Below, one piece after another: positions 1 through 12,341 of a stretch of 64,000 nucleotides of DNA. A program made the position numbers and the translations under genes. This DNA is from Octopus sinensis (taxonomy: Eukaryota): positions 61,194,001 through 61,258,000 of the forward strand of contig NC_043008.1 of NCBI RefSeq assembly GCF_006345805.1, read 5' to 3'. Below the pieces are notes generated by a model. That model was not told the origin of the DNA. It did no database searches and worked only from the letters and a program-made list of their open reading frames with translations. How positions within the stretch are numbered: position 1 is the stretch's first letter; each line of letters starts with the position of its first letter.

Positions 1-539
1 ATTCTATTTTTAACGCAGCTGCACGCACAATTGGATGGGAAATGTTACGTAATAATTTCTGTTTTATAGACTTGAGTATCACTTTATCACTGATTTTAAA
101 AGGCGTACTGTCATGTGTTGTATGTTCCTAAGATGGAGAGGACGAATGAAGTAAACAATAAAAGTAAGAATAAAATCGTGAAGTGGTGGACAGAACTTAG
201 ACGATAATATTACAAGATCAAATGGAGATAAAAATACCAAATCAGAGACAGTCATAAAAAATGAGATGAAAGTGGTAGTGGCAGCAGGAGTAGTAGTAGC
301 AGCAGTAACACCAGTAGTATTAGTGGTGGTGGTGGAAGAAAATATCTATGTTTCATCTCCTATTCCGGATTCTTATTTTTCTAATTACTTTCCTATACTT
401 CTGTCATTTTCGCTTTCTTGTCTCCCCTCTACTCATCATTTCATGTTTATCTCATTCGTAAATACTATTATCTGGGTCCTGTCCACTATTTCATCGTTTT
501 ACTCCTTATTGTGTACCTGTTAAGGGAGTACTGTAGCTG

Positions 540-815
540 GCGAAAATGAAACGCATCGGGTCGGTGATTATAGCACATCAACTTAGATGGCCTGGACATC
601 ATTCCAATTTCTTCGAAAACGGATACGAAAATTGGTGATGTATGGTGAGCTGGGGACAAGGAAAACATCACCAGTGCGAGCCACCCTAGTGTAATAAAAT
701 ACTGATGAAAGTCATAAAAATATGAATATGCTTACTATCACCTGGGAAAGTCTTGCATTAGACAGTGAGATGTGGAAGAATCTAATTGCTAGAAGTGATA
801 AAGGGTTATATACAC
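540..815 (+). mobile_element. Degraded RTE-clade LINE ORF2 C-terminal fragment, copy 1
   Basis: Hand translation with a frameshift and stops: QLRWPGH..RIRKLVMYGEL...WESLALDSEMWKNLIA. This fits the RTE C-terminal pattern QLRWxGH..RxPK..YGEL..WExLAxDRxxWR. Confidence 0.75.
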
Positions 816-869
816 TGATCTGAAACGTACAGATAAATGCATGTAAAATGTTAAGAGAGTATCAGAGCT

Positions 870-1165
870 AGGAAAAATGATGTGCATCGTGTCCAATATT
901 ATGGACCCTCAATTTAGATGGCCTGGTCATCTTTCTATTTTCTTCCAAAAACGGATACGAAAACTGATGTTTAATGAGATTGAGGCAAGGAAAACGTACC
1001 AAGTGCAAGCCATGCTAATGTAATGCAATCTTCAGGAAACTCATAAGAATATGAATATCAGTAGCAGCACCTTAGAAATGTCGCATCAGCAAGAAAAATG
1101 TGGAGAAATCTGATTGCTAGAAGTGTTACAGAATTCGAGAACGAAAGGGTTATACACACATACAA
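870..1165 (+). mobile_element. Degraded RTE-clade LINE ORF2 C-terminal fragment, copy 2
   Basis: Roughly 70% similar by eye to 540-815. QFRWPGH...WRNLIARSVTEFENERV (ORF 1098-1280). Confidence 0.75.
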
Positions 1166-1199
1166 GATGTCAAACCACTTCCCAAGAAAGACTGGAAAA

Positions 1200-1490
1200 A
1201 AATGTTTGTATAAGTATATATTTATGCAAATATATGTATTTATATGTATGTATAAATATATGTATATCTACATAATATAATATATATATTATATATATGT
1301 ATATATATATTATAGTTATATATATATATATATATACATACATATAGATACATATATATGCATAAAGATATACGTATGCGAACATTGGCACGTGGACACA
1401 AATAAATATAAATACATATATATATATATAAACATGTGTGGGATGGGTGTATATATGTACAAATATGTATATATAGATCTATATATAATG
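1200..1490. repeat. Degenerate (TA)n/(TATG)n microsatellite
   Basis: Directly visible. Confidence 0.9.
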
Positions 1491-2249
1491 TTCGTGCTTG
1501 CGTGATTTCTAGATTTAAATATCTTCCCTGGATATCGTCTCTAAGAATTTAGTTATCAACTGGAAGCATCTTCCATAAAATTGCAAGGAATTGTGAAAAC
1601 CTTGCACTCGTTTGAAAAATCCAACAGAAATTAAAGAATTCCAGCATGGGAAAATTACTGAGGCATATTGGAAATATAAAAAAATAAAGAATGTCACGGA
1701 AGATGCAGATTTTAAAAATATTTATTAAAAAATGTTTATTCTTATCACGCAGCTGAGATAAAATATTGGAAGATGGTAATTTTTGTGTCTTTTGCTAGTT
1801 TTATTGTTTAGTATCTTTGCATTGTAAGAAAGCTTAAGTATTTAGTGATTATGCCGTAAACATATTCGTACACGCATAAGAATGCATCGGATTTAAATAT
1901 TTGTGAGTACACATATTTCAATGTTTTTTGTGCAGCGGGTATGCATATATTGGTATTTACATGCTAACACTCGTATATACAAGCAATCATACTCAAGAGT
2001 GTACGCGAAAAAAACTGTATACGTCTGGTGTATGATTATGAATAACTGTATATACATATACGTATAAAAGAATTCATAAGCGTAGGCTTTTTTGACGTGA
2101 TACCAATTTTCTATTTTTTTCTGAAAATCCAATACGTATCGAGGCAATAATGATATCCATTTTAATCCATAAATATTAATATTTACCCTAGTACAAACAA
2201 AAGCGTCATGTCACATACGTATATGTAGACATCCCTCCAATTTTCTCTT

Positions 2250-2292
2250 TTTATCTCTCTTCCATTCTCTACCTCTCGCTCTCTCTCTCCTT

Positions 2293-2336
<44 letters not shown>

Positions 2337-2542
2337 TAAAGAGAGATAAAGAAAGAGAATAGATAGATAGACTGATAGGTAGATAGATGGTTGTATACAT
2401 AGCTACACACTCACACTAAACACATTACACAAACATGTGTGTGTTTGTGTGTGTATGTTTGAGTGTGTGTGCGTGCGTGCGTTTGCAAACACACTAACGA
2501 ACATGAAAATTCATGAGTAGATGCATACACACGCACACACAC

Positions 2543-2579
<37 letters not shown>

Positions 2580-2620
2580 CATATACGCATTTGTATTTCG
2601 TCTGTTTTTATATACTTCAA
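2250..2620. repeat. Compound (CT)/(TA)/(GA)/(GATA)/(CA) microsatellites
   Basis: Directly visible. Confidence 0.9.
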
Positions 2621-3091
2621 TTAATATATGCTTTATAATGTTTAATATATAAATCGTGCTGTTTTCTGACAAGCAATATATGTAAGAGCTTGTATTTTTT
2701 CCTCCTTGTCAGAATAGTTTAATAATGTTGGGTCGTCGTTCTTGATTAGCAATAAGATTCGATTTACAACGATAAACTTCATGTATAATATCGGATTTAA
2801 TATTACAGGTCATACCGAGATTTCTTGGTAGTAATTAACAGATGTTACTCTGCCCTCAATTCTTGACTAGCTTTTTACTGTATCAGTTTAAACGATGAAA
2901 TTCAAGCTCATCCCCGGCGTAATTTGAACTTATATTACAAACAGTCGTCAGAATATCCGCAACACATTTTTTAACCGACGCGATAACCATATTTTCGACT
3001 AGCCTATTTCATGCCGTATACAATTTTCCTATTGGAAAACGTATAAAACGATATGAATTGGTCAATGCAAGGGAAAGATAACGGGAATAAC

Positions 3092-3149
<58 letters not shown>

Positions 3150-3719
3150 TGGATGTGTGAAGAGAAATGTGGTGGTCTCATCGGTAGGGGCTCCGGGTAA
3201 TGACTATGCAGAATACAAACTATGTACTATAGCCAGTCACTTAAACTAGGAAGCAGCAATAGAGTGACTGATTATAAAGCCATGACCAAGGGAGGCTATT
3301 CGACATATTTGCTGTGGAAAAGCTCGGTATGGAGGTCAATAAGTTTGAAACAGCTAGTAAGTCATAGGGTGTCTGGCGCATCTCAGACAACGCAGTCACC
3401 TAGTTCGGAAGGTGAAAGATGGTCGTGAAATATTGTATCTAAATAAATCAGGAGAAGGTAAGTTAAGAGAAATTAAGAAAAGTCGAAAACACTAATGAAC
3501 AAGACAGGAAACAGTAAAATTTGAGAAAATAAAAAAGAGTTAAAGGTGGGATGTTAACAGATTACATAAACTTCAAAAGGAAAAAAAAATCGGAGACTGT
3601 TTTTGGAACAATGCAAAAATGCCAAAAATTCTCAGACCTTTCTCGAAAGATCTCGAACATTTTTGAAGTTTTCAAAGATATAATGTTTCAAAGTTTTAAA
3701 ATTCAACGATTTAAAGACA

Positions 3720-3848
3720 GACTCACAGATAGAAGGAAAGACAGACAGACTTACAGATGGATAGATAGATAGATAGATAGATAGATAGAGAGATAGATAG
3801 ATAGATAGATAGATATATAGACAGAGAGAGAGAGAGACAGACAGACAG
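3720..3848. repeat. (GATA)n/(GACA)n/(GA)n tract
   Basis: Directly visible. Confidence 0.9.
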
Positions 3849-3899
3849 CCAAAGAGCTAAGTAGTTAGATAGGAATTACGAATGGTGTTTGATCTGCGT

Positions 3900-4200
3900 A
3901 GAGCCTTGTGGCTAGTTCGGTTACGTTCACGTTCTTTAGCGCTTTGGAATCAAAGATCCTTCATCAGTGGTTCATTTTGCTTTATAAGGTAACCATTACT
4001 TGCGTTGATCGAAGGCTCCGCAAGCTATATTTGAATTAGCCATCAAGTTCCTTCCAGTGGTGAAAGCTGCGTGTCCTATTTTTAATGAAATGTGCCTCCT
4101 TTATTCTGAAGTTGACTGCATCTGTACCCATTGCCAGTATACGGGTGGAGAATTCCCCATCACAATGTTGGTGGCGTTGGAATAATCACTTCTCAAATAT
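3900..4200 (-). mobile_element. Penelope-like element 3' end: GIY-YIG endonuclease C-terminus followed by a decayed hammerhead-like motif
   Basis: Minus frame LFQRHQHCDGEFSTRILAMGTDAVNFRIKEAHFIKNRTRSFHHWKEL resembles the PLE endonuclease tail (IL..E....RKIKEA.FI). It is followed by CCA-CTGATGA-A-GGA..TCC-AAAGCGCTA. Confidence 0.55.
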
Positions 4201-6793
4201 TTATCGGATATGTGAAAACTACACTGATAACAGCATCACTTGAAAGTAAATGTTTATAGGAGGTATAACTGATGCAGAGCGAATAAAATGTCACAACATC
4301 GTACTACGCAAACTATAGCTTCTTCTGGTTTTCTCTTTATGATTAAATGAGTTTATATCGCTTTTAAAGAAACATAAACTGGTACGAAACAATACTCTCC
4401 AAGATAGGTTTCATAAATATCTAGAATAAAAAAGATTCATATGTTTAGAATTAGAGATTACGTTATTATTTGTATACTCGCTGTTCTGCGCTTTTTTTCA
4501 TGAATTATTATCTATGTGGTAGATATAAACAAGCATCATGTTCACTAATATCTATAATCAGTAAACATTGCAGCAATGTGCAGATCCCTTACAACAGTTT
4601 GTCACACGCGTTTTGAAAACAGATCGTATATAGAGAGGTTTTCTCCGATGACAAAAAACAACGATAAGATATTCACTACGAACATACCAGAACATATTCA
4701 GAATCGATCGATCGGTTACTGAATCGGAAATTTTTATATCTGTAACAGCAGGACGATAGATTACCAGAACTCTTAGAACATCAGGCAAAATATCTTTCGG
4801 TATATTTGCCAGGATTTTACATTGAAATTGTTAACTAAGTTAAGATCAAACACATCGCCCTTAAACCTTTGTAAGGCGCTTAAATATTGTGTGGACGAGG
4901 AAAATATTCGCAAACAATCGACCTGACCCGTATACTAACAATAGAGGATAATCCGTTAAAATCTAGCCTAGGTCATGTTTAAATTTCGTCTATCAGAGTT
5001 CAATAAAATAGATTATTTCTTTCTAGTGGACTCGATACAACCTAGGGAGTTCCACTCCTAAATTTCTGTCTCTGTGTTTTTGTTAATCTCGATTATATAT
5101 TTAATATTAGTATTAAGAATTTATCAGTTAAAATGTTCAGAATGTTTAGTTAACATATATTTAACACTTTATGGCAAACTCCACAGGGCAAGAGATCCTT
5201 GATTCAATGTGAGAAGTTTTAGAGTTTACGATATATATTTGCAGTCATTGGTGCAATGGTCATAAACTGGCGAAGATACAAACTTTATTGCATTCAACTC
5301 CCTCTTAAATGAAACCAATTTTGCAACAAAACTTGATTCTATTCCAGTAGTAGAATAATGGATTGTTTTTATCGAACCAGAGGAAAAAGAAAGCTAACGC
5401 GAGACTAAGAGGTGCTTAAATATAATACAATTATTTAAGCCGTCATCTTTCCACTCCCGAGGGAATATATTTGATATATTGATTGTATTTGACTAGGCAA
5501 AAATCCAATTCTTATCAGGTTGAGATAAAGTTAAGTAAGATGTGTAGTTAATTCAACCATAATTGTATTGTATTTTACTGAACCAGAAACGAGGAAATAC
5601 AAATTAGAGCCAAATAAATCCTTAAATCTGAAATGCGAAGAACAAAAGTAAATTGAACAATTAGGTCTTGACGGGAATTTCTTTATTTCAGTAATCACCA
5701 CTACTATCATTAGTAAATTATTGATTTCCTGAATCGACACATCGCTGAAGAAATGATACATAAAAAAATTTGATTTAAAGCAAGATTTGAACTCAAAACT
5801 GCAAGTTTTCATACATCTTCATTAATGTCTTCCCAAGTTATGTCAGAGTGAGAAGAGGGACTACGATTGGAATACCTTTAGACGTGTGTTCCTCTGTTTT
5901 GTATATTATTATGTGAGCTTAATATCTCCTTTCTTCAACATAAATATCTGCAAGTTCTTCAGTGGAATCGATTCTTTGTTCATACACTCTACTCAACAAA
6001 CGTAAGCCTACATCCTCCTCAGAAATAATTAATGTAAGTCAAAATAATTTGTTCAATGTGAAATATTTTAAAACAAATTTATTTTCTAATTTATATTTCC
6101 ATATGCGTCCATAAATACAGATATTTGATTTTCTTCCAGAAACCTTGTGCTTTTATTGTTTTAACATTTCAAAAACTAAATAAATTTGATATTATTTTAC
6201 AATTTAGAATTCCAAAAATAAATTTCTTAGTGTAGAAAACAAATTTTTCCGATTATATTTTTAACTCTGTTATTTTGGCTTTCAATCACCAGTTTAAACG
6301 GAACTTGCCATACAAGTGATTTTAAAGTAATTCATCATTTAGATAAATTGGAACTGTCACAAATATTGAGTATAATTAGCTTTGACATAAATCAGCATAT
6401 TCTGTCCGCAGAATGAGGCTAAGATGAAGAACAGAATATTATTTTCCATCTGTCTGAATTAATTCCATTCACGGTCAGCGGCAAAAATATTTCACTAATT
6501 TCATAAACTAATACTCAATTTGCGTGTGTGAGAGAATGTTAGTCTATAAAATCAGCAATTAAACTTTCGATATTTTGGGGTTGAAACTGACAGCTAAAAC
6601 TTATACGAAGGTGCTCCAGAACAATACACAGAGTATTTTGACGTTAAAAAAAATTAAGATAAACAAATGCATTTAAAGTGATTTAAACGTACGTGTAATC
6701 TGTGGGAAGTAAGAACTTACAAGCTTAGCTTGATATTTTACGTCTCAAACCGTGAACCCCTCTTTTGAATATTTCTTTATTAACTTTTAATAG

Positions 6794-7096
6794 GGTGGGG
6801 GCACATGGCTTAGTGGTTAGAGCAGCGGATTCGCGATCGAGGGACCACGGGTTCGAATCTCGGTCAGGGCGATGTGTGTGCTTATGAGCGAAACACCTAA
6901 GTTCCACGAGGCTCCGGCAGAAAGTAATGGTGAATTTCTGCTGACTCTTTCGCCTCGACTTTCTCTCACTCTTTCCTCCTGCAACTTGCAGCTCACCTGC
7001 GAAAAGCCGGCGTCCTGTCCAGGTGGGGAACCTATACGGCAAGGAAACCGGGAAACCGGCCCTTATAAGCCAGGCATGGTCCGAGAAGGAACAAAC
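6794..7096 (+). mobile_element. Full-length tRNA-derived SINE (family A) with 12-bp TSD
   Basis: A box TGGCTTAGTGG, B box GGTTCGAATC. TSD AACTTTTAATAG at 6782-6793 and 7097-7108. Confidence 0.9.
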
Positions 7097-7309
7097 AACT
7101 TTTAATAGACTACATCAACTTTTACCATATATTGTATACCTTAATGTACATATTTGCATAACGCAGAGTCTAATTCTATAAGTATTTAGATTTTTAAGCT
7201 TTCAGTTCTTTAATGAAAAAAATAGATGCGTTTAGGTGCCGACATAATGTCGAGGGTGTATTAGAAAGAACCAAAATATAATATATTAAAATATGTTGGT
7301 TTTTGAATT

Positions 7310-7500
7310 TTGGCAAGAGAACAGCAAAATTCGTGGTGGGGAGAAAGTCGATTAAACTGACCCCAGTGATCAACTGGTACTTATATTACCGAGCCTGAAA
7401 TGATAAAGGGCAAAGCCGACCTCGGCAGATTTGAACTCAGAAAGGAATGCTGATAAGCCTTGTTTTCAGCGTGCTAACGATACGGCCAGCTCTCTGCTTT
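7310..7500 (-). mobile_element. Degenerate tRNA-derived SINE (family B)
   Basis: Homologous to 8205-8438 (ACTGGTACTTAT..GGCAAAGyCGACCTCGGC..TTTGAACTCAG). Confidence 0.8.
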
Positions 7501-7525
7501 ATTATCTCAGAATATATTAGGAGAT

Positions 7526-7556
<31 letters not shown>

Positions 7557-7620
7557 CCATCATCACCATCACCACCACCACCACCACCACCACCACCACC
7601 ACCACCACCACCACCGCTAC

Positions 7621-7651
<31 letters not shown>

Positions 7652-7662
7652 GTCATCGTCAT

Positions 7663-7693
<31 letters not shown>

Positions 7694-7717
7694 ATCGTCA
7701 TCGTCATCGTCATCATC

Positions 7718-7749
<32 letters not shown>

Positions 7750-7768
7750 CATCATCATTATTATTATT
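7526..7768. repeat. Compound trinucleotide repeat (CAT)n-(CAC)n-(CAT)n-(CGT/CAT)n-(TAT)n
   Basis: Directly visible; source of the spurious poly-H, poly-D and poly-M ORFs. Confidence 0.95.
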
Positions 7769-8204
7769 CACACAGTAAAACAGACAGACAGACAGACACA
7801 GACACACACTCACACACGCAAACATATGAAAGTTTTGCTACATATTCGAACCGAGAGTAATATATAGGAAAATGGATTTGGTATTATTTTGTATCGTTGG
7901 TGTTGGTTTTCACTTTATGTTTCACAGAATACAACTTCCATCTGATCATTCAGATTTCGATGAAAAAATTATTAGTGTTAGAAATGAAATTAAAGAAGTT
8001 CTACCATCCAATTCTACGTTAGTAAAAGTTTCTCTGTATCATTCATGAGAATCTGCAATTTTTGTTACTCAGGTAAGAAAAATTTTAAACTCTGATAAAA
8101 GTGTTAGCACAATTTTCAGATAATTCCTGGTATTCGGTGCATTTGGGAGTTATGTTTTGAGAGGCCAATTCTTGCTTTCAAGAAACTACAGCAAACGACT
8201 TACC

Positions 8205-8438
8205 TATTTCTTTACTACCCACAAGGGGCTAAACACAGAGAGGACAAACAAGGACAGACAAACGGATTAAGTCGATTACATCGACCCCAGTGCGTAACTG
8301 GTGCTTAATTTATCGACCCCGAAAGGATGAAAGGCAAAGTCGACCTCGGCGGAATTTGAACTCAGAACGTAACGGCAGACGAAATACGGCCACGCATTTC
8401 GCCCGGCCTGCTAACGATTCGGCCAGCTCGCCGCCTTT
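8205..8438 (-). mobile_element. Full-length tRNA-derived SINE (family B)
   Basis: Minus-strand head AAGGCGGCGAGCTGGC..GAGTTCAAATTCC (A/B boxes). TSD AAACGAc/aTTACC at 8193-8204 and 8439-8450 (11/12). Confidence 0.9.
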
Positions 8439-8550
8439 AAACGAATTACCATCTAACGAACACATCAATCCCGGCACATGATGATGCATTTCCTAATGAA
8501 ATTATAATAAGGACATGATTATCAAATAGAGATAACTGGAGTAAAGCGTA

Positions 8551-9507
8551 CGTGGAAACAAAACGTTTGCGGACTAGTTCTACAGATGGCAGCACGAGTT
8601 TGAGTGCGCAGTAAGAGCTATCACTGACCTTCATGGGGCAGTGTGCCGAGTGAGATAGCTGGGTTAACTTTGAAAGTTGAGAAATTTGTGTTTTTTGAAT
8701 AACATGTATACTGTAGTCTGTGATTTTGTCCGATAGCGTGTTGGAACAAAGAACCAACATGAAACTTTGCGTTTAACATGGGACGTCTGCTACAGAGCCA
8801 TTGAGCATACTTCAGAAAGGTTATGGCGACGTGGCATTTAGTTTTGAGTGGCACGGACATTTAATAAGGGGAAGAACGTCCCTGGAAGACGATGAGTAAA
8901 TTGGAAGACCTGCTACGTGCGTAGCCCCCAGAAATGTGAGAATTCATCAGGTTGTGTTTGAGGATCGTCGGAGAACATTCAACGACATTGCTGATGTTGT
9001 TGGTCTGATGTATGGATCAGTGCAGGCAATCCCAACGTCTGAATTGAACACGCGGCGTGTCTCTGCCACGTATCCTCCACCTGCGGACCAGCAAGCACGA
9101 AGAACAACACGCCTAGGCAAGTAATTGTTTATGGCATTTTAAAGAAGCACAATGTAAATATCCTTCGGAGGAATGATAATTAGCTGTCGCTAACATTTGT
9201 CTTATAAAATAGGGTTCAAAAAAAGTTTTATTAATAGATTCAATAAAGTTGCTCGTAGGTGAGGCCGAACGGCTTCATTTCATCTTTCAACCGGTGTTGG
9301 TGTGTTTACGTCCGCTTTGCTTAGCGATAAAATAAATACCAAACTTTAAAAATTAGTAAGTACTGGGGTCGATTCATTCGACAAAAAAATCCACGGCGGT
9401 GCCCCAGCATGGCGGCAGTCTAATGACTGAAACATGTAAAAGATAAAAGATATATAATTTTTTTTACTAAACATAACTAGTCTCCAAACCTTTTTGATAC
9501 CACCTCG
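8551..9507 (+). mobile_element. Internally deleted mariner transposon relic
   Basis: TA-flanked imperfect TIRs (8551-8578; 9477-9507). N-terminal transposase at 8741-9124: LEQRTNMKLCV*HG...FEWH...GRTSLEDDE*IGRP...EDRRRTFNDIADVVGLMYGSVQAI..ELNTRRVSA. Confidence 0.85.
9270..9452 (+). mobile_element. SINE 3' fragment nested in the mariner relic
   Basis: GTACTGGGGTCGATTCATTCGAC core plus GGCGGTGCCCCAGCATGG..TGACTGAAAC tail. Confidence 0.65.
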
Positions 9508-11159
9508 TATATAGTTAGAAACACTCCTCATAAAAATAGGTCCTCTGGGTCTAATCGATAATTATGCAGACGTACACATAACCGAAATACATACAGACAG
9601 AAGTCTCTATAACATGCAAAAATGTTACTGAGACACCATACTTATAATACCGAGATCATTTGCTACACTATAATGGACGAAGACAAAAAGTAGGCAGATA
9701 TAGGGAGCTGTGATCACAATGGTGATAATAGTGATGATGATAATGATGATGATTATGATGATAATGATGCTGATGATAATGCGGATGATGATGTTACTGA
9801 TGATACAGACAGACATACCCAGACATTATATATTTACATATTAAATATTTATATATATATTTACACACAAACATACGCACATTCACACTCATATGAAAGA
9901 GTAACAGAGACATAGAGAAATGGAAATACGTACTGATATGAAGGTCGATGGATGAATATGTATGAAATTAATAAATTTAAATAAGTACAAATGAATATAT
10001 ACAAAGCAGAATAATTACAAATATTACACAGATACATGCAGCAAAGGCACAGCAAATAATTAAATCAGGCGGACATTTGAATCAAATCTCTGACACTAAA
10101 ATTATCCATGCATATGCTTATAATCAAAATTTTCTTTAGTGATATTAAAGTGCATTCAAAGCTCTTCGATATATTATCTGATCAACTGTGAAAGTTGATC
10201 AGTTCTAAGATCTTCCACATATTATATCTGGTCAACTGTAGTATTTGATCAAATATCGCAAAGCACTTTAAAAATTAATTTATCCATGTGTTACTAAACT
10301 TGATACAATAATGAAATCTTTGCATCAATCGTAAATAAATACTTGCATTACACGTCTTTTCTATTGGCATCTAGCCTTCAGAAGGATACATTTCTGATTT
10401 TAATTTGCTTAGAATGGGTAATGATTAATACGGATAAGTAACAAGACCACAATATAATACTGTAGGAATATTACGAATAGTTAAATATTAATCTATGCTA
10501 TGGCAATAGGCTATTAGAAACAAAGCTCTGTTAATTAGATTAGCTAGACAAATGAGTTCTTCAACTTCATAAAGAGTTATTATCAATGTTTCAGATCTAA
10601 GGAGTATTTCGGTAAAAGTGCATTTGCCCGGATTTGATTTTCGTATCGCATTTAAATCATTATGACAACTATAAAAATGGCTATTTTCAGATTGAAACAA
10701 AATGACACGGAGGTATTGGAGTGCCGATAAATACATGGGAAAAGTAATAGACAGAAAGTATATAAGATAGCCTAGAGACAGAGAGACAGAGTGAAAGAAT
10801 TTCGATATGTAATACGGTAAAAATAGTGTGGTGTTGATTGACAAACAAATCTATTAATATTGTAATAGTGTAATAGTGTACAACAAAGCTTACATCATCA
10901 TTTCAGTTTAGTGTGGCGGTATGAATTAGCGACATTCCTCTATATGGTAAATTTATTCCTTACCACACGGATTTCTTTCTTTCACTTGGAGTTAATAAAA
11001 TCATATGACACGAAAACCAATCGAATAACTTCTTCACTCTCTCAAAATACATGAAGCTGTATAGAAATTTGTCATATTCCTATATGTATATATATATATA
11101 TATTTAATTCACACACATACATGCATATTGAATTTCACTCAAGTACACACACATATAAC

Positions 11160-12341
11160 GACCATTATTGGTATCAAGACGAAACGCGTTTCTTCCATCA
11201 GGTCAATGCTCTGCCAGTTACTGTGATATTCTAAAGGCCGGAGCAGTTTGAATGAGAAACAATGCCTCACCCACCATATCCGCCGGACATTGCTCCACCT
11301 GATAAATATTTATTCTACAGGTTTCATATTCATTCGGACAGAAAAAAAAAAATGAATTCTGTAGACGAGTTCAGAACATTACCATAGGAATATTTTTTGT
11401 CACAGACAAGTGAATTTTGGAAGAGGGACTTTGCAAGTCTACCAGATAGATGGAAGAATATTCTTTTCTACTTTAAGCACAAGAACCGAAACTTTTAGGG
11501 AGGCATCCAGTCGATTAGGTCGACCTCAGTCCGCAACTGGTACTTAATTTATCGATCCGGAAAGGATGAAAGGCAAAGTCACCCTCGGCGAAATTGGAAC
11601 TCAGAACGTAAAGACAGAGGTAATATCTATTTCTTTACTACCCACAAAGGTGACAAAAAAGATCAGACAAAGGGATTAAGTCGATTATATCGACCCCAGT
11701 GCGTAAATGGTACTTATTTAATCGACCCCGAAAGGATGAAAGGCAAAGTCAACATCAGCGGAATTTGAACTCAGAACGTAACGACAGACGAAATACCTAT
11801 TTCTTTATTACCCACAAGGAGCTAAACATAGAGGGGACAAACAAGGACAGACATAGGTATTAAGTCGATTACATCGACCCCAGTGCGTAACTGGTACTTA
11901 ATTTATCGACCCCGAAAGGATGAAAGGCAAAGTCGACCTTGGCGGAATTTGAACTCAGAACGTAACGACAGACGAAATACCTATTTCTTTATTACCCACA
12001 AGGAGCTAAACATAGAGGGGACAAACAAGGACAGACATAGGTATTAAGTCGATTACATCGACCCCAGTGCGTAACTGGTACTTAATTTATCGACCCCGAA
12101 AGGATGAAAGGCAAAGTCGACCTTGGCGGAATTTGAACTCAGAACGTAGCGGCAGAAGAAATACCGCTGAGCATTTCACACGGCGTGCTAACGTTTCTGC
12201 CAGCTCGCTGCATTTAGATGGAACAACATAATAGAAAATGAAGGAGAGTATATTTTAGATTAAAAAAAAAAACTTTGTTTATCATAATTTTGAAAAATAA
12301 AAGAAATATAGAAAAACCGCATTATTTATGGGTTGGCCTAA
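11160..12341 (+). mobile_element. Mariner transposon 3' half, interrupted by a SINE multimer
   Basis: FHQVNA..ETMPHPPYPPDIAPPDKYLF..SQTSEFWKRDFASLPDRWKN (11185-11460) resumes as RWNNIIENEGEYILD* (12216-12263). Right TIR AAAAACCGCATTATTTATGGGTTGGCCTAA+TA at 12312-12343. Confidence 0.85.
11461..12215 (-). mobile_element. Head-to-tail four-unit family-B SINE multimer
   Basis: One full-head unit plus three headless units, period about 170-184 bp. Flanked by AGATGGAAg/cAAt/cA at 11448-11460 and 12216-12228. Confidence 0.9.

Noticed and set aside
6794-6872. tRNA gene (also at 34764 and 56063)
   Set aside because: The tRNA-like heads continue into SINE bodies with TSDs, and the cloverleaf stems are broken
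7447-7860. Poly-His, poly-Asp and poly-Met ORFs
   Set aside because: All are translations of the (CAT/CAC/CGT)n microsatellite; no flanking domain or splice support
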